A stretch of DNA of 64,000 bases from Vicugna vicugna (Eukaryota): positions 434,001-498,000 of the forward strand of contig MU057487.1 in the NCBI GenBank assembly GCA_013265495.1, in the 5' to 3' direction. Position numbers and translations under genes: made by a program. Under the pieces are notes generated by a model. The model had not been told where the DNA came from and ran no database searches. It saw only the letters and a program-made list of their open reading frames with translations. The number at the start of each line of letters is the position of its first letter. The first letter of the stretch is position 1. Below are positions 51,150 through 63,477 of this stretch, one piece after another.

Positions 51150-51365
51150 CAGCACTCTAATAGAAACACAATACAAAACCTGTATGTAATTTAAAAATCT
51201 TCAGCAGCCTTATTTTAAAAAGTAAAAATAAAAGTGAATTAAATTAATAATACATTTAATTTAACCCAACATATCCAAAATAATATCATTTCAATAAGTA
51301 GCTCTAGCTACATTTCCAGTGCTCAATAGCCACATGTGGTTTGTGATGATAATATTGGACAACAG
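51150..51365. mobile_element. MER33/MER3-type hAT-Charlie fossil
   Basis: TTTAACCCAA.ATATCCAAAA...CTAGC.ACATTT.CAGTGCTCAATAGCCACATGTGG...ATATTGGACA. Confidence 0.8.
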
Positions 51366-53877
51366 TATCTGAGTATTTTCTGTGTTTAGGGTAGAAGTGG
51401 TTTCACCAGAGAGTTCTTCTCAGCATCTCTTTCACCTTCACCATTAAAGTTTCCCTTGGTGCCTGTGCCTTAGAGAAGTACTTTTTCCATGGTCTTGTCC
51501 TTTCCCTGGTAGTACACTGCCATTACTGATTAACTCAGTGCTTGGTGGTAGGCACTGAGGGGACATTCTGTGTTGTTCTGGTTCAGCCTTATTCTTAGGC
51601 AGCACTTTGTCCCTGCATCTCAGGGGTGGGGCCATCTCAGTGATTCTTCTGCTCTCTCTAATGGTTCCCTTTTCCCAACTTCATTGGGTTGTTCCCTGTG
51701 CCTTAACCATGATGGTGTTTTTCCCATTTCCTCAGAGACTTCACGTTTTTATTCTATAGGAAAGATAAGGGAGAAGGATCCACAGGGAGGACGCTGGCTT
51801 CCCTTCAGGGGTGCTTTTCTACTACCTCAGGCCCTGTACCACAGTGAGCACTTGCTCAGCACTCTTTTCCTGCCCCTGATTAATTATGGTAGCATCTAGA
51901 GAGGTTTGTGGAGAAGAATCTGACAGTGGATACAGTTCTCTGATGTTTTGGTTCCCAAGAGCCATATGCTGTCACACTAGTTCACATTCTACCTTCAGTA
52001 TGCTGGTAAATTTTAGTAGAATACTCTCACCATCTTGTTTGGCTTTGGGTATCCAGCATTGAGGTCAGGTTATTGAGGGCCAGTGTACTGTTTCTCCTTG
52101 GAAATGTTTGTTTTTCTTTAGATTTAAGGTTACTTGCTTGTTCTGTGACTCTGCTATCTGAGAGAGTCAAGAATCATTGTGATTTTGCAGATTTTTCTGT
52201 GCTTTTATTTATTTATTTTTTGATGTAGGGGAGGAAATGACACTATTTTCAGCTTTCTACATTCCAAGCAGAAGCTGAAATTCCTGATGCTTACTCTTCA
52301 TAAATATAACTCTAATTTTATTGGAATCTGTAATACACCTTGCTTAAAGTCACTGCTGTGCATAAAGTCTTTTACAGAGCTCTTCAAGTCATATTTTATT
52401 ATGCTTCAGTTGGTATTGAGAAACTGTATAGCTTAGTTTGTTTTCCAAATATAAATTATAATATCTTGTTAAATATCCTTTTTCATATCATATTGCTCCC
52501 TCCAGAATGGATAAATACCGTTGTTTTACAAGGTAATGAACTCAGACCATATACTGAAAATGTATGCAGCCAACTATGCTGGGCACTAAACATATATTTT
52601 CTAAAAGCATTTGGAATAAATTGTTTCTAACCTTACACTATTACATCCAGGTATGAACTGCTGCAGTGCTCTCAGGTTACTAATCACGGCTGCTAACTAA
52701 TGGATGCTATAAGACCGTGGCTTCATTGACGCCCATCATTGTGTGTGTGTTTCATGTTGTTTTTCTGCTGGAGCTTGCCATGACAAGTTAGATCCCATCT
52801 GTCTGCTCAGTAACAAGCAAAATGACAAACATAACACAAAAAACATTGTTCAGATATTCAAGATTGTTTTCTACCATTTGGTTTTATTAATGTGCTAACA
52901 TTTAGAGCTGATAAATAAATGGAAGATGGATAGGGGCTTGAAATTGGGATGATCTTGATGAGAACTGCTAGATGGCAGCAATATATTTAAATGGAAATTA
53001 GTTCACATTCACATTTGTTAGACATTTTATACTTAATCCATTTACTTCTCTCCAAAAGATTCCAATGCTGTGGAATAAATTAGCTGTCATATTTTATACC
53101 AGTAGGGAGTAAAAGAGCTGCTTTCTTCTTTGGAGCTGGGTTTTTACAGGAAGATGTAGACATGTGGTATGATTGGTATTTTGTTTCCTGATCTAAAATA
53201 AAAATTTTTTTTAATGAAGGAAAAAATTCACCCTTTACTGGATATTTTTTTCTATTGTAGTTACTGAGATACTGCGGTAAGAATATTTCTCTATAGTTAG
53301 AGGTGGGTTTGTGTGTTTTATATCCTTAATTATCCCTATCAGGAGGTGGAATATTTTTTCCCTGTAACTTTCCATTGCTTTTTCTGTAGTGATACAGCTG
53401 TCCTTGGGAGATGCGCTGTATTTTTTCTTTAAGGTGAAATCAATTGAAAAGATTTAGGAGTTTAATTAAATATCTTAATCACAGGGGATATATATTTGAC
53501 CCATTTTGTGCTTTTTTCCTAACATATATCCTTGTTTCTCCCTACTTTTTTTTTCATAAAATACCTTGTATATAGTGGGTTAAAGATAAAAAATGTGCTC
53601 AATAAATGCACATTGGATTCACAAAATCAGGTCAGCTGACTGTTGTATATTTTCCTAATGAAGGTATTTGACTATGAGAGTCTGCCTCAACCTTCTCACC
53701 TTTCCAAAAACTGCCTAACTTTGACTCCAAATCATGCACGAATTAAAATATTATGCAGTTCTTACACAAAAGACTTATAAATACCCACTATTATTGCTGT
53801 TATTAATATTCTTTTGTTTTAAAGATAAAAGTACCAGCTCCTCTCATTTCAGAGCAAATAACACAACTGTAAGAGCT

Positions 53878-53890
53878 GTTGCCAAGCAAC
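53878..53890. promoter_or_regulatory. RFX X-box motif GTTGCCAAGCAAC
   Basis: Matches the established RFX consensus GTNRCC(N0-3)RGYAAC, in non-repeat-looking sequence. Confidence 0.4.
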
Positions 53891-54079
53891 CTGCATTCAC
53901 AGCTCAGATGGGCTGGATTGTTTATATTCATATGTGGATAAAATTGACCCATTCCTTCTCTGAAAAAAATATGAAATCTTTGAGATAGTTCTACTAAGAT
54001 TTTAGGGGGTGGGTCATGGCATTATTATTCTTAGAAGGTTCTGATACTGACATATCCAATGTACATATCTCCCTCACTG

Positions 54080-54230
54080 CTCTTGCCATGTTACAGTGTA
54101 AGTGTCTGTTTTGGGATCTGTTTCCCTATTAGACTGTGAGTTCCTTGAGGGCAAGGATTGCATTCTACTCATCACACAGGAAAGGGTTCTATATATAGCT
54201 AATATTCCATAAGTGTGTGATAAATGCCTC
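54080..54230 (+). mobile_element. L2 3' end
   Basis: TCTGTTTCCCTATTAGACTGTGAGTTCCTTGAGGGCAAGGA. Confidence 0.75.
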
Positions 54231-54619
54231 AAAAAACTTTTTATACAATTCTTTATGCTGTATGCTTTCTACAAAAATATTTTTTACAAGAACATAGGAG
54301 CAAGAAAAAAGAAACTGTTAGATTGAAAAATACAGCAGTATTAAATTATGATAAGCCAAAACTAAAGCAATATGTTAAAAAATACTAGAATACCAACTTT
54401 TTAGAATTAAGAGAAATTTTACAGGACATTTATTCCAATGGTCTCAACCTTAGTTCTCATTTGAATTATAAAAGAAGCTTATAAATTTAACTGCTGAAGT
54501 TTTGAATTGGGGTATATTTAAAGTTCTCCAGCTGTAGAACCCAGGACTGAGAACTACTGACATAGTCCAACAATCTGATTTGATGGTGGAGCAAATAGCC
54601 TCAGAGGAGCTAGAATTGT

Positions 54620-54790
54620 GAGGGTGGGGAAAGAACACAAGCTTTGGAGTCACTGCCAATGTCTAATTTTAGCTATCAGTTACTCACTATAAAATGGAGA
54701 TAATAATATCTACTGTAGGACTGCTGAGAAGGTTGAATGGGATGACACATGTAATGCACCCAGAATCATGCTTGGTGTCAAGGATTAACC
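54620..54790 (+). mobile_element. MIR SINE fragment
   Basis: GCTTTGGAGTCA...CTATAAAATGGAGATAATAATATCTAC...TGAGAAGGTTGAATG. Confidence 0.75.
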
Positions 54791-54866
54791 CTTCCCTCAG
54801 CAAGTTTATATGAGTTGCAAACATGATGTGAACAGATCCTGGATCCACTAACTTCCAGATTTTTTG

Positions 54867-55380
54867 TGTTACCGAATCCAAACTCATTTTGCTTGCTGCA
54901 CAGCAGGCCAACAAATCAGGAGACAAGATGCTGGGGCAAGGAATTTATTCAGAAAGATGGCAGACTGAGAAGATGGCAGACTAACGTCCTGGAGAACCAT
55001 CTTCCCAAAGTCAGAATTCAGGCTCCTTTTATACTAAAAAGGGTAGAGGATGTTGGTTGGTTTTTGCAAATTTCTTCATGTCAGAATCCTTTGTTCTTAC
55101 AGCTGTCTGTGTAGGTCAGGTCATTGTATCCCTGCAAACCTCCAATAAGACAAATGTTATTTTCTATTCTACAACTTTTTATCTTTATATGAATGGGGAA
55201 GTGTTATACCCTTAAAGGTCAGAGCCTTGAGAGTAGGCTATCCTGTATATTTCTGGCTACAAGAAACATTCTTTTACAAAAGGTGCAGAACCAGTATGAC
55301 TAAGCACCAGAAACAGAGCTTAGAGTTAGAGCTAAAGGAACAGATCTAATATGTAGTCAGGTTTGTTGTTCCCAATTACA
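54867..55380 (-). mobile_element. ERV1-class solo LTR (514 bp)
   Basis: TG...CA termini (TGTTACC...AATTACA); minus-strand TATAAAA near 55030 and AATAAA near 54945. Confidence 0.85.
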
Positions 55381-55457
55381 TTCAGTACCGTGCAGAGCAG
55401 CACAGGATCTCTCTAGTTTTGATGTTTATACCAGTAGGGAGCAAGTATTAAATATAT

Positions 55458-55908
55458 CTGTTAGGATTGCTTCAGGAAACACATGAAGCACCAAAAAGGG
55501 TAAATAAAGAGAATTCAACGAAGGGACTTTTTTCAAAGGTGTGGCAAGGTTAAGGGAATCACCAAGGAACCATGACATGCAGAAGGGCTTGCCGGATGAA
55601 GGGGTCGGAGGGGTTACTGGATCCTGGCACTACTTATGGCCGCAAGAAATAGGCTACCTGGTAGAAGCTGCATCCCAATTACAGGAACAGAGCTAGTGGC
55701 TCAACTGCAGCCTGGCCTGAAGGGAGCTGGGGCTGAAACTCTTCTCCTTCCGCTGTCTAATTTTCTGCTGGTGCTCACAGTGGTTAGGCCAGGGGCAAGG
55801 AAGCCCAGTGGATGTAATTCATAAAGGTCAGTCTCCTGAGGCTGAGAGCAGAGTGAAGAAGGATGAAGAAGGAAGGCTCTGGAAACGCAATCCGAAGTTA
55901 TCCAGGCA
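55458..55908 (-). mobile_element. ERVL LTR (LTR41-like)
   Basis: CAGGAAAC..ATG..CAC...AAGGGACT.TTT.CAAAGGTGTGG...GAAG.TATCCAG.CA resembles recalled LTR41-type consensus. Confidence 0.55.
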
Positions 55909-57496
55909 TTACTGGGCTTCTAACCCAGGCTGGGTACTTTATAAGCATCATGTCTTTAAAGGTTGTGTTGTTTTGAGCCTAATGCAATTGAACATAAACT
56001 GCCCCAGATTAATGACATTCTCTGTGGCACAGCCTTGGTTGCCAGAAATTCACATACATACCTGCCAACTTTGCCCTGAAATAAACTTTCTCTTGGCAGT
56101 GAGACCTGAACTTGACTAAATTGATAAGCTCCTTTTATGATTCAAATGAGAACTATGGTTGAGTGGAATGTGGGTCCACCACAGAAGAGGTACTGCTTCC
56201 ACGCCGGCAAATGGCTGCTTTGTTGGAGTAGATTGACCTGGGAAATCAGCATGCAAGGCCTGCTAGCCAGGGACACAATAACCAAAATCCACTCCTGCTT
56301 CAGCAGCTGCCTGCTTTTCCTGAGCCGTCTGTTCACCTCTTTGTTTTGTAATTTATCCATCTAAGAAATGAGAAGAACACCTGCTTGTCATTATGCAATT
56401 GAGAGATTTTAAGGGAAATGAGGATCATTCTTATACAAGAAAGATGCTATCTACTTAAATGCAAAGCTGAAGCAGGAGACATTCTACTGGCTCATATTTT
56501 CATCAATAAATGTGACACACAGAAGATACCTCATTTTATTTCTTTTAATAAACTTTCTTGAAAATCACCTGGAAAATCAGAGGAAAATAAGGCAGCCTCT
56601 GCCTCTGAGGAGTTCACGGTCTTGTGGGAAGAATCAGAAATGAAACATTTCTTAAAAGGGAATAATATTAGGTTTTAGTATCCTTTTAAAATATGCCCTT
56701 GTATATATCAGTCTAGGAATAGCTATCTGTCTTTCTGTCTATCTATCTAATTTTGTTTATAAGGTCTGATCTGCAGACACTCTTTCCACATTTCAAATGC
56801 ATCAGAATCCTGACCAGGAGTCCATCTTGGCCCCTCTCCTACCTCACATGCTTTCTCTTAGATTCCCAGGATTTTCCAACCATTTACATTTGGTTCTTTC
56901 TTCAACCCCAACTGATTCCCCATTGACTTACACTTTTATTTTGAATAATTTTTCCTAACCCAGTTTTTCATTCTTTTATGTTAAAATTCTCTATACTAGC
57001 CCTCATTCAGCATCCTTATCCCCATCTGCACCTGCCTGGAGAGAGACTTACCAGTAATTTTATAAAATATCTTTTGAGGACTTGCAGACAGTAAATGTTC
57101 TGCTGCTCTTTTCTCTTTGTCAAATGCTGAAGAGTCTGGCTTATTCAGTAACTGGGATGTTGGGACTAACAACCAGGGAAACCCTAGACTTATAAAAAAT
57201 TCTCAGTCAGGTTTTAAACAGTTTAGTGAAGACATATCTCCTAACAACACTAAGAGGGAATGAGGCCTTGTAGTTGACGTGAATATGAGCTGGAGGTAAA
57301 GAGGAATAGTATTTCTAGGACAGCTTGAGCAAATACTCAGGGTTAGGCATTGGCCCAATGTGCTCAAGGACAGAGTGACAACACCATCCTGTCTGGGGTG
57401 AAGAATTCCTGGTAAAATGTGATTCTGTAACCCACCATTTGTTGTGTGCATACTGTGTGTCTGGAACTCTGCCAGATTGCTTACATATATGACCTC

Positions 57497-57848
57497 TGTT
57501 ATGGACTGAATGTGCCTCCGACTCCAAGCTTGTTAAAACCCTACCTTTCCCACCCGCTAATATAATGGTATTGAGAGGTCCTTTGGGAGGTAATTAGGTC
57601 AGGAGAGTGGAGCCTTCATGAATGAGATTAGTGACCTTATAAAATAGACCCAGAGATCTTCCTCATTTTCTTTCCACTGTGTGAGGATACAATGAGAAAA
57701 TGACGTCTGAAACTTGGAAGAAGGCACTCACCAGAATTCAACCTTACTGATACCCTCATCTCAGACTTCCAGCCCCCAGAACTGGGAGAAATAAAATTCT
57801 GTTGTTTACAAGCCTCCCAGTCTATATCAGCCTTAACTGATTAAGACA
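57497..57848 (+). mobile_element. MLT1A-type solo LTR inserted into a MIR
   Basis: TGTTATGGACTGAATGTG...CTCAGACTTCCAGCC.CCAGAACTG.GAGAAATAAA...TAAGACA; 5-bp TSD ACCTC/AGCTC. Confidence 0.92.
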
Positions 57849-59369
57849 AGCTCAAATCCTCAGAGCATAGAAAATTCTGTCACACAGCTAGCAAGCAGTA
57901 AAGCCCTGTAAGGTGCCCAGCTCTGTCTGTTGTCAAATTCTATGACCCCTTCATGGCAGTATGCTGCCTTTTTTAAATAAGTAAAATAGAATTGGTGAAG
58001 GAGGACCAAATATCAGAAATCCTCGGAAACCAAAATGAAGAGTGTGGGAAAGATCTGGTAGCTATTGGATATCAATTTTCATGTGCATCATTTATGGAAG
58101 AACATTTTCTGAGATGATCACAGCCCCTTTCCCCCAAAGATTCTCAAGTGAGTAAGCATATTGCAATATTTTTTGACTCTGAAAATGCGTTTTTTTAAAT
58201 CAGGCACTATAAAGTCAATTGCATGAAATTCCTGTGCTCTGTCCAATCCCTTCTGAGTCTGGTGATTATTTTCCTCTCTTCACTGTCACAAACATATAGG
58301 AGTGTATTCATTTTCCCAGAATGCCTACATTTTATATTCTCAAGATTAACATTCATATGACAATTAGTCACTACAGTTAAAAGTAAAATATAATTGAGAA
58401 ACCTCTAAGGAACAAAATGCTTTTCCAAAAGCTACAAGCCAAATGTGTAAATCTTACAAGAAAGAGCTTTTATCTTCAACTGCCTAATGTTTATGATCTT
58501 AATGCCTTCAAAGGATGTGACTTGTGAATGTTTATCTTAGCGATATAACAAGATAGAGTGGCCAGCTCATTGAATTGTGTTCTGCAGGCCCTGTTTCAGT
58601 AGCTCAACTTTTTCCAATCTTTTATGGCTGAAAACATTTAGCTTTTGATGTTAGTTTTTGATTTTAAACAAGGCTAAATTAAATTATGCTTACAATTTTA
58701 AAATGCTACACACATTAGAGTCAATAACAGTAATGGATGAACAGGACAGAATCTTTGTACTTGGAGTCTTATTCGATAACATTCCAGGAGAAAATTCTCA
58801 AGTCGTTAGGAAGCATTCTCTAGAGAGCAGATATATGTACTAATTTGCCTTCAACAAGTTAGAGATATGTGGGTTTGGACCTGCTGCCTGGGTGACTCTA
58901 CCAGGGTTGGAAGTTTGCTCTAGCTGAAAGCAATAGCTTTGGTGAGATTCTTTGGTTTGGGAAGTCAGTAAGATTCCTGGGTCAAGCTTCTACAGTAAAC
59001 AAGGCTCAATGGAGCGCTCACCATGCAGGTGCAAATGATGACTGCAATAGCTATGGAAGGTGGAGCTGACAATGTGAGTCAGTAGGTGGATGAATACCTG
59101 CAGCAAAGAGGAGATCAAAGGAGGAATTATGCTAAGGGACCAAGGGTTAAGTATTGCTTATTAATAGAAATACCTAGAATACATTCCATGGAAGTGTCAG
59201 TTTACCATGTTCTTTCAGTCTGTATATTTATTACCTGTTATTTCTTGATCAATGCTACATCTCAAATACCAGAATCATATGTTTTTCATTTTGTATATCC
59301 AATACATAAAACATAATAAGCACTTGATACATGTTGTACTTTGATTAAACTAGACATATTAATTAAAGA

Positions 59370-59840
59370 CTGTCTTGGTTGCAAGTTACAGAAACTTATT
59401 AGAGCTAACATAGGGGGAAGAGATGAGTTTATAATAGGGAGAAGATCACATTCAGGCATCAAAAAAATAACTGGTACCAGGCCAATAAATGTCAATAGCA
59501 TGTTCTCTCTTGTCTGTCCCTCTGCCAAATACTTTTCTCTCCCTGTAAAAACCAGCTTCCTCTTCTCCTTCAACTCACTTGGTGGAACACATGGCTGTCA
59601 ATAAACGTTCACATTTGCATGATATGAGATCAATCTTCTGGTGAGAAGAGATATCTCCTGTAAATTCTCCAGAAATGAGGCTGTTTATTACAGCTTAGGA
59701 TCAAGTGCCCACTCATATCTGGCTAGGATCTTAGGGTTACCTGGCTGCCTGTATCCCAATGACATAGCTGCATGAATGAAGAAGGCAGGTTTTAGAAAAG
59801 AGCAAATGAAGCAATTCTAAAAGTAGGTGGCCCACTACTT
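59370..59840 (-). mobile_element. Old MLT1-type LTR
   Basis: TCTTGGTTGCAAGT.ACAGAAAC...CAGCTTAGGATCAAGTGCCCAC...CCCACTAC. Confidence 0.5.
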
Positions 59841-59874
59841 TAGAGGAATCAGTGTTAAAACAGCTTAAGAAATA

Positions 59875-60050
59875 CACATATATATTATACATGTATATCT
59901 AAATATGTATCATATATGATGTATTATACATAAATATATACTATATATAATATATGATATATACTATATAATTGGTTATAATATAATGTTATATATTATG
60001 TAACTATATAAAGTATATCATAATATATAATAAATATTGTATATGTATAA
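59875..60050. repeat. AT-rich low-complexity tract (degenerate (TA)n)
   Basis: Directly visible. Confidence 0.9.
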
Positions 60051-60607
60051 TAACATCAATCTACTTTTTAGAGCCTTTTTCTGGTCTTAGTAAAGCTGTA
60101 CAAAGAGAGAAAGAACCTATATCAGATGTCTCCTTGAGAATAGTTTGTTGGATTCTGGGTCTTAAGAATTGGAAAGGAACTAGATCATCTGTTCTGGTGA
60201 AGCTTTAGGTGTTCAGACGAGAGCTTGTTGCTTAATGAAGGCTTCCTTCTTTGCTCCCTCTCTTCCTACCTCCCTCTCTCCTTTCCTTTTTCCTCGCCCT
60301 TCCTATAGGGTAACTCACAGCAGTGTGGCTGCTTCCATTATAAAAAGCTCTGTTGGTGAGAAGAACTTAGGTCTCATGAATGAAAAGAGTTGCAAAGGTA
60401 TGAGAAAAGCTGTATAAATTACTGCCAAGACAGGTGAATTGGATTGGCGATAAATATAATAGAGGCAGGCAGATGTACAAAGGATTCAATGTATTTATTT
60501 AAATTGTTTTTAGATATTGGAGATTTTATAAGCATATTTACTGTATTGTACTGGTTTTTTGGTATCATCCAGAGTTTACTATATATTTTCTACATATTTA
60601 ACATTAT

Positions 60608-60790
60608 GATTGAGCTCTTATATTGTACTAGGCACAGTTCCAAGCATTTTATTTATCATCCCATTTAATTGACATAATAATTTATAGGGTAGGTTGTTAG
60701 CCTCTTTTTACAGAGGAGGAAACTGAGTCACAGAGAGGTTAAAAACTTAACACCATATGACGTGACCCACCTGGTTCCAGACCTCACCTT
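60608..60790 (-). mobile_element. MIR SINE
   Basis: TTTTACAGAGGAGGAAACTGAG.CACAGAGAGGTTAA. Confidence 0.85.
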
Positions 60791-61754
60791 GGTGTGTGTT
60801 CTTTATAAACCTCACCTACCTTTTCTGTGCATGTACAGTGACGTAATAAGTTATGCAGCTGATAAAATTAAGGAATATATTACTGGAAATATTTTAATGA
60901 ATGAGAACTATGAAATTAGACAAACGTGAGGAAAAACATACCATAATTTCCCATGCTTCTCTAGACTCTAAGGTGACAGATGGGACTATTTTAGCAAGAC
61001 GAGTGCCTTAAAGAGCTTCACGGTTTCTAACATTTCACTTTTCAGTCCATATGCAATCATTTGATTAATGAAGTACTGGTTTGAGTTTCCCTGATTTTTA
61101 GGCTTAAAAACAGGATCCTTGGAAGAATATGTAATAAGTCTAAGTGGAAATTTTAGCATCCATGTATCTCTTTCTAAATAGGAACATTTAAATGGTCACA
61201 AACAGGTAATTGCCTACCTTAAAACTATAAAAATATGTTGTAGAATGTCTTTCTTAACCGTCTCACAAACAGGCATCTTAAATATCAACAACGTGGCATT
61301 ATCCCTTCTTTCTCCCACTCTAATTTTAATTGACTTAAATCCCTAAAGCTCCATCAGTGAAATAACTTCCAAATTAGTTTCCCTATCCTCTTTGCATAGT
61401 GCTTTTCTAACCCCAAGATCCTTTTATGTTTGTCCTTGCATTAACTTTATTTACAGGTACGAGTGTCACATTTACAAACGGGCAGCCCTAGGGAAAGTAG
61501 ATTATACATTATTCTCCTTTGAATTATTTGTGACCTAAAATTCAAATGTTAGAAGTGAGGGACAGACTTGCTGTATTTATCTGGCAGTTCTTAGTTGGAA
61601 ACTACCTTGGGCCAAAAGCACCAGATGCTCTGTTTTCGCAGTTGTTCTTAAGCATCACAAAAAGTAAAGACACCTTGTCTGTCTAATCTGGTTTCTTAGC
61701 ATTTGATTTGGGCATATGGATAAGGGAGAATTTGTGCAGAGTGATCTTTATAAA

Positions 61755-62230
61755 TCTACTTGGATCACATCTCTTATCCACTTCGATCTCTCCAGTAGCT
61801 TCCCATTTCATTCAAAGTTCATGCCAAATCCTCCATGATCTATTCCTCTCTGACCACATCTTTTAACCCTGATTCCAGCTCTTTCTTGATTCTTTCCAGT
61901 GCATTTCTACTCGAGCATCTTTGCATTTATAGTTCCCATTGCCTGAAATGCACATCCTCAGACATTCCCAAGGCACATGCCTGAATCTCTTATGTCCTTT
62001 CTCAAATGCATCTCAGTGAAGCTCTCCCTGACCACCCTCATAAAGTTGTCGCCCTCTCCACTGATATTTCCAAGAAGTTATATCTATCTTACATTTGATA
62101 TATTTGACTTATTTTTTCTTATTGATTTTCTTGCCTTGTGAAGGTAGATAGCTTTGTGTGTATTTTTCACTAGTATATCTCCTAAGTCTAGAACAGTGCT
62201 CCAGCAAAATACTTGTTGCATAAATGAACG
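61755..62230 (+). mobile_element. L2 3' fragment
   Basis: CTTTGCA.TT..AGTTCCC..TGCCTG.AATGC...TCAGTGAAG..CTCCCTGACCACC...CTAGAACAGTGC...AAATACTTGTTG. Confidence 0.8.
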
Positions 62231-62660
62231 GGCAACAAACTATATATGCAAGAAATAGAGATAATAAAGAAGAGTGTGATTAATTTTTTAATGGTGCTAG
62301 AAAATATTTGGGAAGACTTCCTGGAGGAGGTAACCTCAAAACTGGGTTTTGAAGGATCAATAGGATTTTTCCAGGAGAGCATATTGAGAAAGCATTGTAC
62401 ACAGTGGAATAACATGCACAAATGCATGGATAGAAAACCATGTAATATGTTTGGGAAACTCTGAGCTTTAAAGTATTGATGAATTTTACTATATACTAAA
62501 ATAAGAATATTAGAATGTATTCTTTAAATAATATAAAGCCTATGGAAGTTTTAAACATGGATAATAGAGAACCATGCTCTGCTCCATCAGCAATGGAAAA
62601 CATGGATTCAAGGAAATTGAGGCTTAACTCAGGGGTACAAGTTAAAAGCCTTAGCAATAG

Positions 62661-63477
62661 ATTATCAGAGAAATGCAAATCAAAACTAGTGAGAATGGCC
62701 ATCATTCAAAAGTCCACAACGATAACTGCTGGAGAGGGTGTGGAGAAAAGGGAACCCTCCTACACTGTTGGTGGGAATGCAGTTTGGTACAGCCATTATG
62801 AAAAACAGTATGGAGATTCCTCAAAAAATTAAAAATAGACTTACCATATGATCCAGCAATCTCACTCCTGGGCATATATCTGGAAGGAACTCAAATTTGA
62901 AAAGTTACATGCACCCCAATGTTCACAGCAGCACTATTTGTAATAGCCAAGACATGGAAACAACTTAAGTGTCCATCGACAGATGACTGGATAAAGAAGT
63001 TGCCACACACACACACACACACACAATGGAATACTACTCAGCCATACAAAAAATAAAATAAGGCCATTTGCAGCAACATGGATGGACCTGGAGATTGTTA
63101 TTCTAAGCGAAGTAAGCCAGAAAGAGAAGAAAAATACCATAAGATATCACTCATAAGTGGATTCTAAAAAAAAAAAAAACTAATGAACTTATCTACAAAA
63201 CAGGAACAAACTAACAGAGATAGTAATCTTATGGTTACTGGGGGAAAAAGGGGCGGGAAGGGATAAATTGGGAGTTCAATATGTGCTATTATATATAAAG
63301 TAGATAATAAACAGATTTCTTCTGTACAGCACAGGGAACTATATTCAATATCTTATAATAACTTAAAATGAAAATAATATGAAAACAATTATATTATTAT
63401 ATGTATGCATATCTATGACTGAAATATTATGCTGTACACCAGAACTTGATGCATTGTAACTGACTATACATTTTTTA
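62661..63477 (+). mobile_element. 5'-truncated young L1 with 17-bp TSD, inserted in an L2
   Basis: TSD AAAAGCCTTAGCAATAG (62644-62660) / AAAAGCCTTAGAAATAG (63478-63494), preceded by the TT|AAAA endonuclease site; [17 protein letters not shown]. Confidence 0.95.
63004..63025 (+). repeat. (CA)11 microsatellite inside the L1
   Basis: Directly visible. Confidence 0.95.

Larger units (their letters stand above)
46545..52280 (-). mobile_element. Long, old L1M (L1MD/ME-like) element carrying several nested insertions
   Basis: AATAAGAGTGGTG.GAGTGGACA.CCTT.TCTTGTTCCT, AATGTTGAATTTTGTCAAA, AAATGTTTGGTA.AATTCAC; T-rich L1 antisense sequence through to 5'-region-like sequence near 52.2 kb. Confidence 0.75.

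Noticed and set aside
59875..60050. Potential cruciform or origin-like AT tract
   Set aside because: An ordinary degenerate (TA)n low-complexity repeat with no further evidence.
61457..61540. Acceptor-like TTTATTTACAG|G with a short open frame (YECHIYKRAALGK...)
   Set aside because: No good donor follows and the peptide is unrecognised; insufficient support.
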